Below are positions 17,611-26,042 of a DNA stretch of 64,000 nucleotides, in pieces (the first letter of the stretch is position 1; each line of letters starts with the position of its first letter). This stretch comes from a virus. Under the pieces are notes generated by a model that was not told the DNA's origin, did not search any database, and worked only from the letters and a program-made list of their open reading frames with translations. Where the stretch lies: positions 1-64,000 of IMG/VR virus record IMGVR_UViG_3300028423_000356; one strand, given 5' to 3'. The translations under genes were made by a program, and so were the position numbers.

Positions 17611-17643
17611 ATTCTATATATCATTTATTAGAAGGAATATAAA

Positions 17644-17847
17644 ATGATTATAAATGCAAATGACAGTGATAGTTTGAATAACCCTTGTGATGATATAAGT
17701 GATAAAATAGGAGAATGGTTGAATGTCAAAGAAAAGAAAAACAAGTCAGAAAACGATGAATTTAAATTGGATACAAATAGACCAAATGATATGGAACCAA
17801 ATACAATATTGGGATGGATCTTTGGGAAAAAAGATGGAAATCAATAA
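17644..17847 (+). CDS. Hypothetical protein
   Basis: AAGGA RBS. Confidence 0.55.
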   Translation: MIINANDSDSLNNPCDDISDKIGEWLNVKEKKNKSENDEFKLDTNRPNDMEPNTILGWIFGKKDGNQ

Positions 17848-18010
17848 TATTATAATGGATACCTTTGGGTGGGATGAAAGACAAACTAAGGTTGCAACTG
17901 AACCATTATTCAAAAGATATATGAAATTTAATAATATTGAAGTGAAAAAACCTATAAAGGAACAATGTGAACAAAGTAATGATGGGACATTAGATGTGTT
18001 TTTTCAATGA
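17834..18010 (+). CDS. Small hypothetical protein ending TLDVFFQ
   Basis: Start moved to remove the long overlap with the upstream ORF. Confidence 0.5.
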   Translation: MEINNIIMDTFGWDERQTKVATEPLFKRYMKFNNIEVKKPIKEQCEQSNDGTLDVFFQ

Positions 18011-18016
18011 TTACTA

Positions 18017-18045
18017 TTGACTTTTAAGTGAAATGATACTATATT
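18017..18045 (+). promoter_or_regulatory. Early promoter
   Basis: TTGACT-N17-TATATT. Confidence 0.8.
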
Positions 18046-18070
18046 ATATAATAGAACAGGAGAAATAGTA

Positions 18071-18634
18071 ATGAATATTTTTATATTAGATGAGAATCCA
18101 ATCAAAGCAGCACAGTTACAATGTGATAAACATATAGTTAAAATGATTGTAGAATCTGCTCAAATGTTATCAACTGCACATAGGATGTTAGATGGTAGAA
18201 TGGTAAAGAGACCTTCCAAATCAGGTAAAACTTGGGTGAAATACTATTTACATCCAAATGAACATATGGAAACAAATTTATATAAAGCAGTTCATTTCGG
18301 TCATCCTTGCACTGTGTGGACTATGGAATCTAATATGAACTATAAGTGGCATTATGAACACTTTAAAGCATTGTTACAAGAATATACTTATAGATATAAT
18401 AAGGTTCATAAATCTTCTGAATTACTACCCATTTTAAAGAAAATACCAGTAAACATACCAAAGACAAGTAATTTAACACCTTTTAAACTGGCAATGGGTT
18501 CAAATCCAGAATGTATGTTAGAAAACCCAGTTGAATCGTACAGGGCATTCTACCAAACAAAACAAAAAAGATTTAAAATGGTTTGGTCAAAAAGATCTGT
18601 TCCTAATTGGTTTAATCAGTTAGAGTTAGTATAA
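18071..18634 (+). CDS. Pyrimidine-dimer DNA glycosylase/DenV-superfamily protein
   Basis: MNIFILD..AA..CDKHIVKMIVESAQMLST..HPCTVW..EYTYRY. Confidence 0.8.
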   Translation: MNIFILDENPIKAAQLQCDKHIVKMIVESAQMLSTAHRMLDGRMVKRPSKSGKTWVKYYLHPNEHMETNLYKAVHFGHPCTVWTMESNMNYKWHYEHFKALLQEYTYRYNKVHKSSELLPILKKIPVNIPKTSNLTPFKLAMGSNPECMLENPVESYRAFYQTKQKRFKMVWSKRSVPNWFNQLELV

Positions 18635-18644
18635 GGAGAATATA

Positions 18645-18905
18645 ATGTTGTTAGCAATAGATATGTTAAAAGACTTTAATGATTCTTTGTCAAATGAAGA
18701 TAATTGGAATGAAAATGGTCCTATAATATGGGACAAAGTATATGAAGAATTAAAAGAAAAGTATAAAGATAAAAATGAAAAAGAAGTAAAAGAAGTATTC
18801 AACTCCTTTAAAGAAGTTACAGACAGTATATTGGGTATAGGTGTATTCAATGATATTACATATGAAGACTATGTTTGTTTTATAAAAGGTGAAGATACAA
18901 TATAA
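18645..18905 (+). CDS. Hypothetical protein
   Basis: AAGGAG RBS. Confidence 0.65.
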   Translation: MLLAIDMLKDFNDSLSNEDNWNENGPIIWDKVYEELKEKYKDKNEKEVKEVFNSFKEVTDSILGIGVFNDITYEDYVCFIKGEDTI

Positions 18906-18917
18906 TATTGGAGAATA

Positions 18918-19178
18918 ATGATGTTTAGAATATATTTCACACCTAGATTTTATGGATTAAGTTTGTTTTACTTGATAATTCAAAATCAATGGCACTTACC
19001 ATTTATAGAGGGTAAACCAAATATAAGTCGAATAGAAGACATGTTAACAATAGAAAGTTTAAGAAATAACATTTATCCAGTTTCAAAAGAAGATTATGAA
19101 TATGCAATAAACATGATAGAATGTTTAGGTGAAGATGGACTAGATGAAGATAGTGATGGTTTCAGATACTTTGAATAA
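18918..19178 (+). CDS. Hypothetical protein
   Basis: GGAG RBS. Confidence 0.6.
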   Translation: MMFRIYFTPRFYGLSLFYLIIQNQWHLPFIEGKPNISRIEDMLTIESLRNNIYPVSKEDYEYAINMIECLGEDGLDEDSDGFRYFE

Positions 19179-19193
19179 CATAGGAGTTTTACA

Positions 19194-19595
19194 ATGTTTA
19201 AAAGAAAATATCAATGGCCCTATAATGATAAATTGGGTACGGTTAGTGTAAATTATGAAGATGGGGTAATAGAAGAAATTGATTTAATAGTATCTTCTAA
19301 AAAACCTAAAAAAGCAATGTATAAACACACCCATTATAATAATGATGGCACTAAAATAATGGAATTCACAACTGACATAGAAAATAATTTGAGACCAGTT
19401 ATTAAAAACCCATCCGAAAAGGAACACCTTGCTGGTGTAACTTATGGGTATAATAACAATGTTGTATCAGAGACATTTATGTGTAATGTATGGAGTGGAT
19501 TACTTAAAAGAGAATGGATTGTTTCTAAAATAAATTATTATGATGAACAGGGTAATTTTATAGAATCAGAAAATAACATAAGCTCACTGTTTTAA
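19194..19595 (+). CDS. Hypothetical protein
   Basis: AGGAG RBS. Confidence 0.65.
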   Translation: MFKRKYQWPYNDKLGTVSVNYEDGVIEEIDLIVSSKKPKKAMYKHTHYNNDGTKIMEFTTDIENNLRPVIKNPSEKEHLAGVTYGYNNNVVSETFMCNVWSGLLKREWIVSKINYYDEQGNFIESENNISSLF

Positions 19596-19604
19596 AATAA
19601 GGTA

Positions 19605-19934
19605 TTGAAAATGTATAATAGAAAAATAGAAATTGAAATTGAAAGTTTTCTTCAACCAAATAATATTGTTAAATATGAATTATATGGTCTTGTGGGACAT
19701 TCATCTTTAAAATCAGTAGAAAAACACCCAGTTGAGTATGGAACTGTTAGAATGATAGGAGAAAATCCAATATATGTTTATCATATCAATAAAATAAGAT
19801 ATGGTTTTTTAAATTTAAAAGTCAGATATGAAATACACTGGAAATATTTAATGGCGGAATATTATTATAATAGAAGAGAAGAATATCCAGATTTTAATTA
19901 TGTCGATTATATCGACTCTATTAAATGGAAATAA
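19605..19934 (+). CDS. Hypothetical protein
   Basis: ORF in an operon. Confidence 0.6.
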   Translation: MKMYNRKIEIEIESFLQPNNIVKYELYGLVGHSSLKSVEKHPVEYGTVRMIGENPIYVYHINKIRYGFLNLKVRYEIHWKYLMAEYYYNRREEYPDFNYVDYIDSIKWK

Positions 19935-19937
19935 TAT

Positions 19938-19945
19938 TATAAATA
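19938..19945 (+). promoter_or_regulatory. T4-type late promoter
   Basis: Intergenic TATAAATA. Confidence 0.7.
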
Positions 19946-19964
19946 ATACTAAAAGGAATGTAAA

Positions 19965-20777
19965 ATGTCACTATTCATTTTAAATTTAGACCACCAAAAT
20001 GAAGAACAAGAAAAGTTAATCAATAACTATGGTATTAAATCATATACTGAAAAAACTCTTAAAACACATACACACAATTTCAAATCACGTATAGTCGATT
20101 CTGGTGTTTTATCAAAAACAGGTGTTAACTATGTAACATTGGATAAAGATTCTGTTCATAAAGGACTACATGAAAAATTAAAGGAACAGAAGATATTATC
20201 ATTTTTAAGAATTGATAACAAACACTTACCATCAGGTATCCCTGAAAAGATTAATTATGAAGATGAGATAAGGTTTGCTAAAAATAATGGTATTGTTGGT
20301 ATTAAAGTAACTTTTTACATAGATAACATTGATGCGATTGATATGATTACAAATATCGCCAATTTCTATGGTAATATGGCTCGAAGAGAGAAAATAATTC
20401 CAATTTTAGAATTTAACGTAAGAAAAGAGTTTGAAGACAAATCTTATAGAGAAGAAGAATTATTCAAAAATTTGTTTAATAAACTTTATTATGTATTGTT
20501 TGACTCAATTATAATTTTCTCATTACCAGAAAATAAAGGTGTTTATGATGACATTAACAGATATAAAAGAGTTAAATGTGTTTTTGGAAATGATTTCGAA
20601 CAAGAAAAATCATCATATGTTGAAAACATCAACGGTAACAAGATGGAAGTATCAGTAAAAAATACTGTATTAGAAAACTTAAAAGTGAATTTGACAGATG
20701 AACAATTTGCAAGAACACTTGAAAACAATATTCTTCATATAAAAAACAATAAAGAAGATGTTTATTTTGAAGATTAA
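19965..20777 (+). CDS. Class I fructose-bisphosphate aldolase-like protein, probably inactive
   Basis: Colinear with bacterial class I FBA (FIxxLD, HxxxxRIV, FLRID, GIK, IPILE) but the Schiff-base Lys segment reads IIFSLP. Confidence 0.65.
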   Translation: MSLFILNLDHQNEEQEKLINNYGIKSYTEKTLKTHTHNFKSRIVDSGVLSKTGVNYVTLDKDSVHKGLHEKLKEQKILSFLRIDNKHLPSGIPEKINYEDEIRFAKNNGIVGIKVTFYIDNIDAIDMITNIANFYGNMARREKIIPILEFNVRKEFEDKSYREEELFKNLFNKLYYVLFDSIIIFSLPENKGVYDDINRYKRVKCVFGNDFEQEKSSYVENINGNKMEVSVKNTVLENLKVNLTDEQFARTLENNILHIKNNKEDVYFED

Positions 20778-20819
20778 TTGATTTTATATCATTTATATTA
20801 TGAAAAAGGTGAAGATATT

Positions 20820-21233
20820 ATGAAAATATTAAGTTTTATAATTGTTTTTATGTTGTTCGCAAAACCAACATACTCAAACGATTTTAATTTGTCAATAAAT
20901 GTGAATGTGACCGATCACTTGTTTTTTAAAAAGGATTATAATGAAAAACACATATCATTAGAATATGAAAATGATAATTTAATGATGGGTATTTACAACA
21001 ATTCATTTAATGATTTGACTTATTATTTTGGTAAAAGATATATTATAAATGATACAAATAATATTGATTTTATAGGATTAATTGGATACAATGATGGTAT
21101 TTTACCAACTATTAAATACAATATGAAATACAAAAATAATACGTTTTTCATTTCACCTGCAGTTGAAAGAGTAGACGAAAAATATAAACTTGGTGTGTTA
21201 GTTGGTTTGGGTATAAATATATTTAAATATTAA
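20820..21233 (+). CDS. Exported beta-rich protein (possible small outer-membrane barrel)
   Basis: Signal peptide, alternating beta strands and an aromatic C-terminus. Confidence 0.55.
   Translation: MKILSFIIVFMLFAKPTYSNDFNLSINVNVTDHLFFKKDYNEKHISLEYENDNLMMGIYNNSFNDLTYYFGKRYIINDTNNIDFIGLIGYNDGILPTIKYNMKYKNNTFFISPAVERVDEKYKLGVLVGLGINIFKY
21212..21219 (+). promoter_or_regulatory. T4-type late promoter for the endolysin
   Basis: TATAAATA about 25 nt upstream of ATG 21245. Confidence 0.6.
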
Positions 21234-21244
21234 GGAGAAGAAAA

Positions 21245-21715
21245 ATGTCATTCGTATTTTCACAAAATTCATTAGATAATTTGGAAGGTGTGCATCCAGA
21301 TTTAGTAAAAGTAGCACATAGAGCACTTGAATTGACTAAAGTTGATTTTGGTGTAACTTGTGGTTTAAGAACAATTGAAGAACAAAGAGAGTTATATAAA
21401 ACTGGGGCTTCCAAAACAATGAAATCTAATCATTTAAAACAAGAGGATGGATATTCTCATGCGGTTGATGTATTAGCTTATATTGGTTCAAGACACTCTT
21501 GGGAATTAAACTTATATGATAACATTGCAGACGCATTCGCTCAATCGGCAAGAGAATATGGTGTTCCTATTCGTTGGGGTGCAGCATGGAATGTTCCTGA
21601 TATTACTAAATGGAATAGTAGTATGGAAGATGCTATGATGCATTACATTGATACTAGACGTTCACAGGGTAGAAGACCCTTTATTGATGGACCACACTTT
21701 GAATTGAGATATTGA
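21245..21715 (+). CDS. Endolysin, M15 family L-Ala-D-Glu peptidase
   Basis: GVHPDL, GLRTxEEQ, SxH...AVD, IRWG and DGPHFEL motifs. Confidence 0.9.
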   Translation: MSFVFSQNSLDNLEGVHPDLVKVAHRALELTKVDFGVTCGLRTIEEQRELYKTGASKTMKSNHLKQEDGYSHAVDVLAYIGSRHSWELNLYDNIADAFAQSAREYGVPIRWGAAWNVPDITKWNSSMEDAMMHYIDTRRSQGRRPFIDGPHFELRY

Positions 21716-21729
21716 TTAAAGGATATATT

Positions 21730-22143
21730 ATGAAAAAATTTATTAACTTTATTGAACAAAAAGAAATGAGTTGTCCCTTGGCAACACAGGATTTAGAATT
21801 AAACACAAAAAATAGAAACAAATCTATTAAATCTGACCATATACAATATGGTCCATTAAATGTAGATGAACCTGGTGACTTCTGGGAAGATATTGCTGAA
21901 TTTTGGGATACTACGGTATCTGCTGCAAAAAAATCTAAATGCTCTAACTGTGTTGCCTTTGACATATCTGAAAGAATGAAGGAATGTTTACCTGGTGAAA
22001 CTTCTGATGATGATGGAAAATTGGGATATTGTTGGATGCACCACTTTAAATGTCATTCAGAAAGATCTTGTAGAACATGGGCAAAAGGTGGTCCAATAAA
22101 AGATGATGAAGTATCATACAATTGGCAAAAGAAGAATAAGTGA
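21730..22143 (+). CDS. Cys/His-rich conserved phage protein
   Basis: CPxATQD, CxNCVAF and GYCWMHHFKC motifs. Confidence 0.7.
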   Translation: MKKFINFIEQKEMSCPLATQDLELNTKNRNKSIKSDHIQYGPLNVDEPGDFWEDIAEFWDTTVSAAKKSKCSNCVAFDISERMKECLPGETSDDDGKLGYCWMHHFKCHSERSCRTWAKGGPIKDDEVSYNWQKKNK

Positions 22144-22153
22144 GGATTATATT

Positions 22154-22318
22154 ATGAACTTAGATAAAATAGCAAAAGAATTAGTTAACACTGGTGTAAT
22201 GGAAACAGAAATAAAAAACACTGAAAAATTAGAAGATGGTATTAGAGTAACAACTTACACCATTAAATTTTCTAAGAATGATTATCAGTGGTATACTTCA
22301 TCAAAGGTGTACAAATGA
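22154..22318 (+). CDS. Small hypothetical protein
   Basis: GAGGA RBS. Confidence 0.55.
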   Translation: MNLDKIAKELVNTGVMETEIKNTEKLEDGIRVTTYTIKFSKNDYQWYTSSKVYK

Positions 22319-22581
22319 GTGGTGATATTTTCGATTTTGGTTTCACTGCTGTAACAGAAGATGAATTAGCATCTGTTGAAGTATCAAAAAAGATAGCAGA
22401 AGAAAGTCAAACAGAAGTTGAAATACTTCAAGATAAATTAGATAACCTATATAATTCAATAACACCACTGTTAGAGAATTTGAAGAAAAATCCAGATAAA
22501 GAATATATATTGTGGCCAAACAGGTTATCTAAAGTAAATGAATTCCAAGATCATATAAGGAATATTTACGAAGGTAATTAA
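22315..22581 (+). CDS. Conserved T4-like hypothetical protein
   Basis: FDFGFTAV..LKKNPxKxYIxWPNR. Confidence 0.7.
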   Translation: MSGDIFDFGFTAVTEDELASVEVSKKIAEESQTEVEILQDKLDNLYNSITPLLENLKKNPDKEYILWPNRLSKVNEFQDHIRNIYEGN

Positions 22582-23097
22582 ATGAAAAATATTTTATTTA
22601 ACCTTAAGAATAAAGACTTTGATACGAGGGTAATTGTTTTAGATTACCTTCGTAAACAACTATCTACTGGTAAATATTATTCTGGTAGATACGAAAACCC
22701 TAAAGAAAATGTTGAAGAGTATTTTAGGTTTGAGCAAGGTGTTGTGGAAATATGGTATAAAATACCACTTGATTTATTTGAAAACTTCACTAAACAAGTT
22801 TTTAAAGATAAAAACGGTTCTAATATTAATATAAAAATAGGAAGAACTATCTATCTACAAGAAGATGCACACACAGATAATCCAAAATATTACAAGTCAT
22901 TCATTGATAATTACTCTATAACATTGAATCCGAATTTATCAATCAATTATAACAGAGATAAAAAACAAGTTTGGAAAATGCTAAGAGCAGATTCATTGTT
23001 GGGATTTAACAGAATTAAAAACAATAGAATTGACAACAACATTGTGTTCGATTTTACATCTGTGGATAAATTCATAGATACGAATCAACATATTTAA
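22582..23097 (+). CDS. Hypothetical protein, paralogue of 576..1139
   Basis: Shared blocks VExWYKIP and KIGR. Confidence 0.7.
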   Translation: MKNILFNLKNKDFDTRVIVLDYLRKQLSTGKYYSGRYENPKENVEEYFRFEQGVVEIWYKIPLDLFENFTKQVFKDKNGSNINIKIGRTIYLQEDAHTDNPKYYKSFIDNYSITLNPNLSINYNRDKKQVWKMLRADSLLGFNRIKNNRIDNNIVFDFTSVDKFIDTNQHI

Positions 23098-23117
23098 TAC
23101 TTTTTTCAAAAAAACTA

Positions 23118-23146
23118 TTGACATTCAATTAAACCTATACTATATT
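23118..23146 (+). promoter_or_regulatory. Early promoter
   Basis: TTGACA-N17-TATATT. Confidence 0.8.
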
Positions 23147-23183
23147 AGTAGTATAGTAATAATTTATATTAAGGAGATACATT

Positions 23184-23438
23184 ATGACAAAAGAAGAAAT
23201 GGTAAATAAACTTTCAAATAAGTTCTGCACAGTAAAATTCACAAAAGTAAATGGTGACACAAGATTGATGAAGTGTACTTTAATGAGTGAATACCTACCC
23301 GAAACAAAAACAAACAACAAAAAAGAAAATGACAGTGTTGTTACTGTATATGATGTAGAAGTAAATGGATGGCGTTCTTTTAAAGTTGACAGTGTGGTAG
23401 ATTTTAAAACTTGTTGTGAATCAGAAAAGGAAATATAA
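23184..23438 (+). CDS. WYL_2/SH3-like beta-barrel protein
   Basis: FTKxxGxxRxMxCTL..VYDxExxGWRSF. Confidence 0.8.
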   Translation: MTKEEMVNKLSNKFCTVKFTKVNGDTRLMKCTLMSEYLPETKTNNKKENDSVVTVYDVEVNGWRSFKVDSVVDFKTCCESEKEI

Positions 23439-23644
23439 TGATTTTCGAAATATCAGAAAATATAATTATGTGGATACTTTTACTGTCCGCATCTTTCTGT
23501 TCATTTATGATTGGTTATAAATTTATGAAAATGAAATCAGATGAATATGTAGATGCTATGTTAGAGTGGTTAATTCTCAATAACTATGTAAAAGGTAAAA
23601 GAAATTCAAATGGTGAAATAGAATTGTTTAAATACGATGAATAA
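23438..23644 (+). CDS. Small membrane protein
   Basis: N-terminal transmembrane segment. Confidence 0.6.
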   Translation: MIFEISENIIMWILLLSASFCSFMIGYKFMKMKSDEYVDAMLEWLILNNYVKGKRNSNGEIELFKYDE

Positions 23645-23657
23645 GTGAGATAAAACA

Positions 23658-24215
23658 ATGGGAAATTATACAGATTTAGTAAACAGGTTAAGTAGAACAC
23701 CAGAGTCTGATGAATGTTATACACCAGAAGACCAAGTTTTACCTTTACTTCCATATCTCAATCAAAATAAAACATACTATGAGGCAACAAGTGGCATTTC
23801 AAGTCAAATTGTGAATGGTTTTAAGAAATATAATTATAAAATAGAACCAAGTAATGGTAAAGATTTTTTCGAATGTGAAACTTCAGATGTTTATGATGGT
23901 GTTATTACTAACCCACCATACAGTCTTAAGGATAAATTTATAGAACATTGTTATAATCTCAAAAAACCATTTGCCCTATTTCTACCTGTTGCCTCATTTC
24001 AGGGTGGAAAACGTGGAAAGATGTTTATGGAATATGGTATGTCAGCACTCTTATATAACAATCGTGTTGATTTTACTGGTAAAGGTTCACCACCATTTGG
24101 TAATGCTTGGTTTATGTGGGGTATATTACCACCAAACACTATTCATTGGGTTGATAATCCTAAAAGGGATGAAAAAATGACTTTAGAAAATGTTAAAAAA
24201 TATTTCAATAATTGA
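23658..24215 (+). CDS. Small amino DNA methyltransferase (same family as 2725)
   Basis: SDECYTP, DFF, ITNPPYS and KPFAL motifs. Confidence 0.8.
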   Translation: MGNYTDLVNRLSRTPESDECYTPEDQVLPLLPYLNQNKTYYEATSGISSQIVNGFKKYNYKIEPSNGKDFFECETSDVYDGVITNPPYSLKDKFIEHCYNLKKPFALFLPVASFQGGKRGKMFMEYGMSALLYNNRVDFTGKGSPPFGNAWFMWGILPPNTIHWVDNPKRDEKMTLENVKKYFNN

Positions 24216-24224
24216 TACAAACAC

Positions 24225-24253
24225 TTGACTTTTGGATAATGATAACATATATT
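24225..24253 (+). promoter_or_regulatory. Early promoter
   Basis: TTGACT-N17-TATATT, implying the CDS starts at 24275. Confidence 0.75.
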
Positions 24254-24274
24254 ATGATAAGAATGGGGTTTAAA

Positions 24275-24709
24275 ATGCCAAAAAAGAAAATGACAGAAAA
24301 ACAAAAGAAAGCAGCATCACAAAATCTAAAAAAAGCAAGAGCTGCTAAAAAACCATCAGAAAATAAATCAATACACGAGTCAGTTAGAAATTTACCTGAA
24401 TCGAACCCACTGTGTTATAAAAATGTAAAGGAATGGATAAAAACACAAAAGGATTTATTACAATCCATAAAGCATTATAAAAACTCTAAGAATAGTAAAG
24501 AAGTGGCAAGATATTATAAAGTTGAAACATATATCACAAATCTCAATAACTATCTTAGAACTGGTGTTTATAATGATTTGTTCTATGGTAATAATATGCA
24601 ACATAAAATAAAGTATTATTGTGAATACCCATCATATGATAAAGATGGTAATATAAAAAGATCATATGGAGTTTTTTATGATGATATCGGACTATATACA
24701 GGAGAATGA
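24275..24709 (+). CDS. Conserved T4-like protein upstream of gp33
   Basis: Basic N-terminus; VKEWIK..YLRTG..D. Confidence 0.7.
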   Translation: MPKKKMTEKQKKAASQNLKKARAAKKPSENKSIHESVRNLPESNPLCYKNVKEWIKTQKDLLQSIKHYKNSKNSKEVARYYKVETYITNLNNYLRTGVYNDLFYGNNMQHKIKYYCEYPSYDKDGNIKRSYGVFYDDIGLYTGE

Positions 24710-24710
24710 A

Positions 24711-24935
24711 ATGGAAATAGAAGAGTTTTTAACCAAATCTAAATTCAGTAAAATGATTGAAAAAACTGTAATGGATTTAAAAGTATCACATATGGAAGCA
24801 ATAGTTCATATATGTGAAGAGAACGATCTTGAAGTAGAAGATTGTGCAAAATATATTAACAGTAATGTTAAAGAAAAAATTGAAGCAGAAGCTACAAAAC
24901 TTAGATTACTTCCACAAAAAAGTACTCTATTTTAA
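24711..24935 (+). CDS. gp33: Late transcription coactivator gp33
   Basis: FSxxIE..SHMEAI..CEE..KEKIExEA..L. Confidence 0.85.
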   Translation: MEIEEFLTKSKFSKMIEKTVMDLKVSHMEAIVHICEENDLEVEDCAKYINSNVKEKIEAEATKLRLLPQKSTLF

Positions 24936-25048
24936 TTATTATTTAACTTTTATGTTATATATAATATACTATACAAAAATATATTATGATTAACATTGGA
25001 CAAAAAATATACACAAAAATACATATAAAATATACAGGAGAAATACAT

Positions 25049-25993
25049 ATGTCATTTGCAAACTTAAAAAATCGTAGACAAGACTTATCTAAATTAGTAG
25101 AAGCAGCACAAGAAACACAGAATAAATCAAGAGCAGGTGATCCACGTTTTTGGACACCAACAAGAGATAAAGCAGGTAATGGTTTTGCTGTTATCAGATT
25201 CTTACCTGGTTTAGATCCTGATTCTACACCTTGGGTTAAATACTGGGAACATATGTTCAAAGGTCCAACTGGACAGTGGTATAATGAAAAATCATTAACA
25301 ACATTTAAAGAACAGGATCCAGTATCTGAAATGAATTCTAAACTATGGAATGAAGATGGTTCTAATCAAGCAAAAGCAATCGCAAGAGAGAGAAAAAGGT
25401 TACTAAGACACGTTTCCAATATTCTTGTTATTTCAGACCCATCAAATCCTGAAAATGAAGGTAAGGTATTCCTATATCGTTATGGTAAAAAAGTAATGGA
25501 TAAAGTAATGGATAAAATGCAACCACAGTTTCCTGATGAACAACCATTAAATCCATTTGACTTATGGGAGGGTGCTGATTTCGTAATTAAAATCAGAACT
25601 GTTGACGGATACCCTAACTACGATGCATCTTCATTTAAAGAACAGTCTTCACTATTTAATGGTGATGATGAGATGTTGGAAAAACTATATAACCAACAGC
25701 ACGACATGAGTGAATGGTCAAATCGTGATAATTATAAGTCTTATGAAGATTTAAAGGATAGGTTGATGACTGTATTGGGTGAGAAAACACCAAAGGCAGA
25801 AAAGAGTTTTGCACAGTCAGTTCAAAATGAAGTATCTTTAGAGAAAGACGAAGCATTAGATATGAGTCATGTTATGGATGCACCAATTCCATCACAAAAT
25901 ACAGAATCTGAACCTGATATTCCTACTGCGGAATCATCTATGGAAGAAGAAGATGATATTATGGCAAAGTTTGCGGCACTTGCTAAAGACTAA
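25049..25993 (+). CDS. gp32: Single-stranded DNA-binding protein gp32
   Basis: DxRFW..DKAGNGxAVIRFLP, PFDLWEGADF and an acidic tail. Confidence 0.97.
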   Translation: MSFANLKNRRQDLSKLVEAAQETQNKSRAGDPRFWTPTRDKAGNGFAVIRFLPGLDPDSTPWVKYWEHMFKGPTGQWYNEKSLTTFKEQDPVSEMNSKLWNEDGSNQAKAIARERKRLLRHVSNILVISDPSNPENEGKVFLYRYGKKVMDKVMDKMQPQFPDEQPLNPFDLWEGADFVIKIRTVDGYPNYDASSFKEQSSLFNGDDEMLEKLYNQQHDMSEWSNRDNYKSYEDLKDRLMTVLGEKTPKAEKSFAQSVQNEVSLEKDEALDMSHVMDAPIPSQNTESEPDIPTAESSMEEEDDIMAKFAALAKD

Positions 25994-26017
25994 TAATATT
26001 TAAAATTGAAAAAAAAT

Positions 26018-26042
26018 AAAGGAGCCTTTTGGCTCCTTTTTT
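26018..26042. terminator. Bidirectional intrinsic terminator
   Basis: AAAGGAGCC-TTTT-GGCTCCTTTTTT between convergent genes. Confidence 0.9.

Noticed and set aside
23971-24180. Alternative-frame ORF inside the methyltransferase
   Set aside because: It is fully nested, starts with TTG and has no RBS.
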